Positions 48,801 to 57,800 of a stretch of DNA of 64,000 bases are shown one piece after another (position 1 is the stretch's first letter; every line of letters begins with the position of its first letter). The position numbers and the translations under genes were made by a program. Under the pieces are notes generated by a model. It did no database searches. It saw nothing but the letters and a program-made list of their open reading frames with translations, and was not told the origin of the DNA. The DNA comes from Lama guanicoe (Eukaryota): NCBI GenBank assembly GCA_013239625.1, contig MU053379.1:5516659-5580658 (forward strand), written 5' to 3'.

Positions 48801-51800
48801 GAAGCCTCAAATGTTCATATTCAAAAAAAAAAACCCCAACAACTTTGTCTTTGCGATCTAATTCCTTGCGTTTCTTATCTCAACTCTGAAATGATGTGAC
48901 GCTGGGTACCTGCTTCCCCAGTTTTAGGTCAGGGCAGAGCTGATGGGCTTTGAAGGCTCATGTCTGTTCTGGCAGTTGGGGAAAAGTGTCACCTGTGTGA
49001 AGCATAAGGTCACTGCTCAGTGGAGGGGCATGTTTTCTGATTCATTCAAAGCCAGATGGGCAGCAGGATGCTTTTTTAAATGATCTGGCTCTGATGAGAA
49101 GTCCTTATCAGTTGACTGCCAGGCGACATAACTTGATCTGTGTAAAGAAGATCATGTGAGAATTTTCCCTAAACCTGGTTCATTTTGCTTTATTTGGTCC
49201 GAGGACATTGATTCATCAGCTGGCATTAAAGGAGTGTGTCTGCAGTGCCAGGCACGGTGGGTGCTGGGGGGCCCAGGGTTGAGTCAGAGTCTTGGGGGAG
49301 GGAGATGGACCATTAAGCATACATGGGACTGTACAGCCCTTGTAGGTGCATCCTGGGGAGAAGGGGTAGCTGGTCTTGACAGTGACAATGGCAGAGCAGC
49401 ATGAGGATCGCTCTGCAGGGGTCAGAGACGTCTTCTAGGGCAGTGATGTTGAGCCCAGCTCTACAAGTGGAAGAGAAAAGGGGGCAAGAACATTTTAATC
49501 CAAGGGAGCAATAGACATGGGCATTCTGGGTAGAAAGTTGTGCTCCAGGAGCACAGTCTAGTCTGGTGTGTCTGGGGAGTGGTGAGGCAGGTGGGGCCGG
49601 GAGCTGCCCCGACAGCATCGCCCGGTTCAGGGGTCTATATTTTGTCCCACGTGCAGTGGGAGGGTGGTGGAGACATTTGACTGGGAACATGGCCTGATCT
49701 AGTCCATCCTTGAGACTCATCTGGTTAGGTGAAGGATGCAGGGGTGGCAGGGAGTGGGGAGGGTACTGAGGTGGTGCAGCTGTGGTATGATGCTGGCGTG
49801 GTGGGCAGCAGACTTGGAGTAAATGCAGAGATTTGAAAGACACTTTTGAAAGAAAGACCAGAAGGAATTATTGATGGAGGTTAAAGAAAACTTGTGTCAA
49901 GATTTTCTATTGCCAGAATTTGCCAATATTTATGTAAAGTTGGACTGATGGATTAGAGGTAATAGGAAACTATGTGTGACCTTCCAGGCTTCTGTGTCTT
50001 ATTGTCATCTGGTATTTTTAAATTAACTTAAACTTTAAACTAAAACAAACCAACAAAAACAGTTCACCCATTTCTCCCACCCCACCTCCACCTTTTGCAA
50101 CTACTTATCTGTTCTCTGTATCTTTGAGCTTGTTTCTGTTTAGGTTCACACATAAGTGAGATCATTTTTTGTCTTTCTATGATTTATCTCATGTAGCGTA
50201 ATACCCTCAAGATCCTTTCGTTTTGTCGCAAATAAAAAGGTTTCATTCTTTTCTGTGGCTTTTTTTGAGGAATAACATTACATTCTGTATATACACACCC
50301 CTCCCCCATCAGTGGACACTCAGGTTGCTTCATTTATGGTTGTTGTACATAATGTGGCAGGAAGCATGGGGGTGCAGGTATCTTTTCATGTTCTGTGGAT
50401 AAACACCCAGGAGTGGGACTTAGGGGTTATGTGGTAGTTCTCATTTTAATTGTTTGAGGACCCTCCATACTGTTTTCCACTGTAGCTGCACTGATTTGCA
50501 TTCCCACCAACAGGGATTGTGGGTTCCCTTCTCTCCACATCCTCGCCACCATTTGTTATTTGTGGTCTTCTTTATGATGGCTGTTCTGACAGGTGTGAGT
50601 GGTACCTCACTGTGGTCCTGATGTGCATTTCTCAATGGCGAGTGATAGTGAGCATCTTTCCATGTGCCTGTTGACCGTCTGTATGTCTTCTTTGGAAAAA
50701 AAGTCTATTCAGACCTTCTGTCCATTTTTAATGGAGATCTTTGTCTTTCACAGGTCCACTGTCTTGGTGGAGAAATCGGAGCAGAAGTCTGGGAGCATCT
50801 TCTGGTCATGATCCGCTGTCCCTTCCTGGCTCTATCAGCCACCATAAGCAACCCCCAGCATCTCACTGAGTAGGCATTGGCTTCCAGTCTGGAGAGAAGG
50901 CTGATCTAGTTTGAATGTTTGGAATTCATGCTCTCTGTTTGGGTTCTGGAGAGTTTCATAACTTCCTGGTGGATTTATTAGCTAACCTTTGGGTTCAGGG
51001 ATCAGAGTCTCTGGGCCACCTTGCTGGTGTTGAACAGGGACACACTCTTGAAGGGAAACCAAGGACGCCCCCAGTCAGGTCTGCAACTGAGCAGGAATTA
51101 CCCCCATTTCTCATAAAAGGTTGGCCAGAACTGATTGATTTGTATCTTTTTCTTTGTCCTTTACCTTTAAAATGGTGTAAAGTGTCACACTCTGCTGTGG
51201 ACCTTGAGGCTTCTTATACTGTCCCACGTTGGAGATGTTCAGAAAGGCAATGAAGCCTAATTAGTTGGAAGCCCCACATCATTTTTTTCATTGGGCTGGA
51301 TTTTTGCCCACTAATAGTCACAGTTACAGGAAAGACTCTTCTTTTATCAGGTACTGTTCTAAGTGCTTTGTGTACATCAATTTATTTTAAATGGCCAACA
51401 GCACTTACGATTGACAGTTTTCATTACTACTCTTAGATAGGGTTTCTAATGCTACTATTATTTACATTTTAAAATGTGGAAAATGAGGCACAGAGAGATT
51501 ACGTGATTCATCCAAGAGCCCCAGCCATGTGAGGAGGCCGAGATTTGATTTGAGGCAGCCTAGCTCTAGGGCCTGTTCCCTTCAGTACAGACTTTAAGAC
51601 ACATGATTTTCTTTGTTTAAAATATTTGATGTCACAGGAAATAGTTCCATGTTCTGCTGAAATAATGCAATCTTAATTTTTGAGGTGGCTTCAATCAGTA
51701 AAACGGTACTGGAAACAAGCAGACAGTATGATGGCAAAGAACGCTGCCTCTCGAAGAAGCGCTGTTACCCGCACCGGTGTGCACAGAGACTACGCACTAC

Positions 51801-54800
51801 CGAAGCAGTCTTACAAAGTGAGACTTGGTAGGTTTGGCACATTCTTAGGAGTTTTACCTTTTCCTTTGAAGTTCTCCCAGCCCTTGTATGTCCACCCACT
51901 GGAACCCTTGCTCTCCTTCCCAGTGCTCTACGGGGAGAGGTACAATGATTTGGAGAAGCACGTATGTTCGATGAGAGATGGTGGGATTCAGTTCGACCAT
52001 TTTCACCCATGTGCTGCGCTGACCACGGACCACGTGAGTGAGGCTCCCGCCAAGCTTGTTCTGAAAGGTGTAAATTATTTGTGTCCTGTTGAAAAGCTGC
52101 CTGGTTGACACTTAGCAGAATTACATAATAGACATGGTATGAGTTATGTCACCTTAGTTTTAAAAGTAACAGGAACAACTTCATAGCTGCACTGGTGCTT
52201 CTTGGGTGTCTGGATCCCCAGAGCTTCAGAATGACTGAACATTTTAACCTGAAGTTTTCTGGATTGATTTTCTTGATTCTTGGATGTTATCTTTGCCCAT
52301 TTTCCTTCTTCTCAGCCCGTGTCCATCTGTCTGCTTCCCTGAGACTCTTCTCAGTGTAGCCGTGACCACGTGTGGACAGTACTGAGGACACGTGAGAGTC
52401 TGACCGCTGTGGATTAGGTCACGGAACAGTCATGGCAGGCTTGTCGGGAGTGAGTCAGTAAAGTGGAGGTTTGACGGGGACCTCCTTGGGGGCACTGGGG
52501 TTAGAGTGGGGGAAGGTTTCTTGATTTTTCTTGCATATTTTCCCCTTTTTCATTCTTTTCTCAGGAATAGCTCATTCAAGCTCTGGTTGCCTCAGTGATA
52601 ATTAGGCAACAGTTGGCCTTCCTTCCAAGACCTGGCAACTTAAATATATTCTAAATTCTGTTGTCAGATTAAGCCTTCTAATCTGACAGTTTTTAAGGTA
52701 TATGCAAGTTTCTTTATTTAAAGTGTTTGCTGTCACAGGGAGTTCCAGGTTCTGCCTAAATAACGCATCTGAATCAGAAAGCTAATTTAGAGAAACAGGA
52801 TGGTCCTGACCCTGCCATGCCTGTGATGACTTTCCTTTGGGAACAGCCAAAGGCATGTTTGGCTCCTCAGCTTGGCTCCCCAGGTCCTCTCTGACCTGTC
52901 CCTGTTCCTTCCTGTTCCTCCCCGTGGTGGATCTCACCTGGAGTCCCTCATGACTTTTACATAAACTGGAGTATTTCACCACAGATGCAAAGTGCCAGTT
53001 GTCCAGACCCTGTTCATCTTTTATGACTTGTCCCATGGGAAGCCTCATCAAACTCCTGTATGACTTCCTCACCTGATGGCACCTCCTCTCCACAGCACCT
53101 GGTCTGTATTTCTCTCATGACGCAGCCATGGCCAGCTTGCTGCAAGTTCTGTGCATGCTTGTCCTCTTACAAGAGTAATAATGCCTTGAAGACAGGTTTT
53201 GTTTCCTTATAGTTTGAGACTAACTGCTATGCATATAAAATAAAAATGTATGTCAGATAAGTTACAAACAACCCAAATGAAGCACTTATGTTGTGTTCCA
53301 TGAGTTTTACATATCTGGTCTCTCTTATCTGGCACAATAATTTGGGATGGATGCCTTGTTAACACTCTCATTTGGCAGGTGAGGAGGTGGGGCAGAGGGA
53401 AGCCCACTGACTCCCTGTCCTGTGATGGAGGATGTGGCAGGGCTGGGTAGTGGCCTCTAAGGGGCTGAGTTAGAGCCCACCCTCTCATCCCTGAGTTCGG
53501 AACGCCTGGAGGAGGGACTGGATGAGAATCGCTCTAGAGCATCTGGGCTGAGACACACGAGCTTCGAGAAGCAATTGAACAAATTCCAGTGATGATAATT
53601 TTCAACAGAATTTTATCATTGGAAGCTTCTTTTTTCTGTGGCAATGGCTCAATCTCAGCTCTAAATAAAACTAAACTATGGATGAGATTCCTGTGACCTA
53701 AGTCACACCCCCAAACTAGAGTATCAGTGATAACACAAACATAAATAATGAAAGACTCCTTCCTCTGTCCCTCTCCCCTTTTCTCGTTCTCTCTTCTTTC
53801 CCCATCATTGCCTGGCATTTTTAAGCAATGTATTATCTTCCCAGTTACTTATTCTGCGTGGATGGCTCAGTGAAGGTTGTCTTTCAGTCACAGTGAGCAC
53901 AGATGTTGGGAGTACTTGGCAAGGCTGGTGTTTTGGTCCATGAGCCTCCGCTATGCAAATGGGAGCTATGACTGGAGTCATAGGTGTCATGGGAGCAGTA
54001 CAGGTGCCCCCTCATGCTCTGACCCCATGCAACCTCTGCAGAGGTCACCTTACTGTTCGAATCTCCTTAAGACTCCAGACTTTTCCAACAGGCATGCAGG
54101 ATGAACACAAAAGCTTGGCTGTTTTTACATCTGGCTTTTGACAGTTGTGTGTGCAGTGTGTTTCCATAGGAAGCAGTAGTGGTAAGAAGCAAGGAGGCCT
54201 TTCTGGATGAGGAGACGCTTCCTGAGCTTGCACCGTGGCCTGCAGAGTGACAGGGAAGAGCTGGGTGGCCAGAAAAAGCCTGAGGAATGTTGACAGTAGG
54301 GAGAGAAGAGCCATCTGCCTGTGTGTCTACTCTCTGGCCCCTTCCCAGAGAAGTTTTCGGGAAGAGGGGAGGAGGAGTGAGCTGGCCTTAACCCGGCTGA
54401 GGGGGGGTATCTTCCTCCACAGAGGCTGTCTCTGATGAAGGGCTGAGTCTGGCCTTTGCTCCCGTTATCCCACTGCACAGCGCTGCCAGGGGTGAGGGTT
54501 GTCAGTCCCAGCAGGTGTTGGGGAGCTGCCACCGGCCTCTTCCTGCTGCACCTGGATCAGTGCCCCCATCACTATGGAGCTAGGGGCACCATGATCGTGG
54601 GACAGTGCTGTTGTGCTCATAAGGGAAGGCTGGTGCCAGTCTGTGGGCTTTTATTTCTCTTCCTTTTTCACCTAGTCTGTTTCAGTTTTTCCAGCTCATT
54701 AGTTATCTTATAGTGAAGAACAATGGAGCTGATTTCCCAGCTTTTAGCCTTAGAATTGTTAAATTGATTTAAAAAATTAAGACCTGTCAGTTTATCATTA

Positions 54801-57800
54801 ATCCATCACGCTGACAGTTTAGGCATCGCCCGTGTCCCTGGTAATTTACCAGACCTGCTACACGCATTGTCTGTCTTAATTCCTACAGCAGATGTACAGC
54901 TCAGCTAAAGTGCCCTTCATTGTGGAAACAAGGGCACTGAGGCTTTTGTAAGAGGCCAAGGGCCTTAGGAAATCATAAACATTCTAGTGACCAAAAAGAA
55001 GATTGACATCTTAAAAATTATGATAGTTCCTGGACTTATTTTATTCAGACAAAATAAGTTACCACTTTCAAGCAGTATTAATAAGAGAACAAAATGCTGC
55101 TATTCTAAAATAATATAGTCACGTGCTATTTGGCAAAATGTTTTTTTTTTCCTGTCCAGCTGGTTTGATGCTCAGACTATGATGCTAAACCATGATTCCA
55201 GGTGGGCACCTGCCCACTATAGATTCTTACAAGCCTCATTCAAAGCCTGATTGATTATTTTAATTAAAATATGTTTGACATAAGATGGTGTGTGGGTTTA
55301 AGGGGTTCAGCATGTTGACTGTGTACATTTATTTTGCAGTATGACTGCCACTGTGGCTTAGTGAACACCTATGAAGTCGTCATTCCGATTTTGTGGGGGA
55401 AGATTAAGTTCCTCCTCTTCATGTATTTGGTGTCTGTAATACAAGCCTTGTTGTCTGTGTCTGTCATCACTGCATTCACTCTTTGGATCTTACTTATCTC
55501 CTAGTTTTTAAAGTTTAAAAAAACATACACTGATATATATATCTTGTTTGCTTTTACCACAGTCAGTAACCTATATTGTAGGTTTTTATTTTAACCCTAT
55601 ATTGTGGAGGAGGAACTAGCATTTAGAGGTAGAATTAGAACTCAATCCTCTCATTCAAGCTGAAACACCCTTTCCATCCTGCAGAGTTTTTTCAACTGTA
55701 TTGTGATTGGAGTGACTTGTTTAGCCCAGAATTTACAAACCTGAGTTTCATAACTGAATAGCTGTTAACTAAGAAATGTGCTCTATTGTCAGATAATTTG
55801 TGAGAAATCTGTGTACTGTAGCCCATTCTTTGAGACTTAACATTTCTGATGTAAAACCTTGAGGAAACCTGTTTAATAGAACACTCTGTCTTTTCTTTTG
55901 AAGAATTCCTGCCCACATCTTGGGGATTGTGGTTTCACAGGCAGATGATTCACAATAAGAGTGGTTGAAACCGGTAGAATCTACTGCAACACAAGCTTTT
56001 TGAGGACAAGAATATTTACTTTATATTTTAAAATACTTGTGGGAAAATGAACGATGTGGATATCCAGAAGGCTTAAAGCAGAACCAATTCAGTGACCTGG
56101 GGAGAGGTTTCCTGGAGTGTCTTGAAGGTCATGTGAGATCCTGAGCCTTGAACTTGACCTCAAGTGATCTTAGGACTTAAGGAAATTTACTAAGCATGTT
56201 ACTTGAGGGCTGTTTTCAGTGTCTTCGGGTCCATGAGAGTGTGAGGCAAAGGATAGAACATAAGGTAAAATAGAAGGAATGTTAAACTTTTCCATTTTAT
56301 TTTAAACGTAGATTGAAAAGTATGGATTCCCTTCTGATCTTAGCCTGTCACCTCGAGAAATGATCCAGCTTTATGACACTATGTCTCAGTTCTGGGAAGG
56401 CTGGCCCAGGGCTCAGGTAAATAGTCACTACTCAATTATTCTGAACCTGTCATAGTGGGTGGTAACTTTGCTGTTCAGAGAGACAAGCTCTCACTCTTTC
56501 TGAGCTTTTAAAATTACTGGTGAATTCTTTCCAAAATAAGATTTCCCCTTCTCTAACATCCTTCCTCCTAATATTCTGTGTTTTACTGCCATGAGGTGGA
56601 ATGCTCCTGTATTCCTGAAAACATTTCCTGTTTACTTCTTGGGACGGGGCAGCCCTTCAGCCTCCTCCTCTGCCCATCCTGGGTCTCATTCCTGGCCTCT
56701 CTCTGCCGTGACTGCCCTGTGCTTTCACTCCTGTCTGGTTTTTCCATCCTGTTAGGTTTATGCACCAGAAGTGATGGGAAAATAGAATGAAGTTTACCAT
56801 GTCCCCTCAAGAGGCTTGTCCTTCTGTTAATGACACACATAGTTGAGAAACATCTGTGGATTTTCTTACGTGATTGTATTAATTTGGTGGCATTTCTTTT
56901 CAAGGAGTTGTGTCCAGAGGAATTCATTCATTTTAAGAATAAAATAGTCATCACAAAGATGGACACTAGGAAATATGAAGAGAGCCTCAAGGCAGAACTG
57001 ACTGGCTGGGTGAAGAGCGGCCACGCCTGGGAGGTGATTGTCATGCGGTGTTGCCGCAGCTGCTCCGGGCTCCCTGTGGCCTCCTTGGGCTGCGCTGTGC
57101 TGTCAGCACTCTTTTCTGGGCTTTTCTAGTCTTCTATTTAAGGGTTTTCAGTCGAAGGTAAAGTCTGAGATGGGGTAGGGAGAGAGAAAGGAGCCTGGCC
57201 TCTGTCTTGTCCTCCCGTCCCCTCCACGTGGGCTCCATCTCCTACTAGACAAGGTCAGAGGGGCCCCTGGGGTCTTGATGTTGGGGCTACGTGGAGCCTG
57301 GAATCACAGGGACAGTAGCTGTGAGGAGATTTTTACTCCTTTATCTTCTTCTTATCTTGAAGTTTTTCTCTTTTATGATTTTTATTTTAATTTGTTGGAA
57401 CTATTTTTGTATTAAAACCGTAACTGGGGGACATGTGAGTTATGCGTGTTTATTTTCAGTAAGTTGATCGTCTTTTCATTTTGGAGTTTGTCTTATTGTC
57501 ACACACTGAGGTTTCTGGCTTTTGGGGAGTGACGTGTATCAGACTTTTCTCAGGTAGGTTTGTCCCATTACAGTGCAGCTTAGATTATCTCCTCCCACTC
57601 TGAAACATAATATAATTGAGGTATATTTTCTTCCATTTATTTTGTCACTAAAAACCTCTGAAATGTATTTATAATTATAAGTGACTTTTTACATGATACA
57701 GAGTGAAACTGACTCACCCCACCTCCTGTCATGGTGGAATCAGCATCGTTTTCTGAACAGTCCTCTTCCTGATTTCTGTTGCCTTAAAATTCTGTTAAAC

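Noticed and set aside
52662..52688. Perfect hairpin TGTCAGATTA-7nt-TAATCTGACA
   Set aside because: A 10-bp stem is too short for a pre-miRNA and is plausible by chance in 64 kb.
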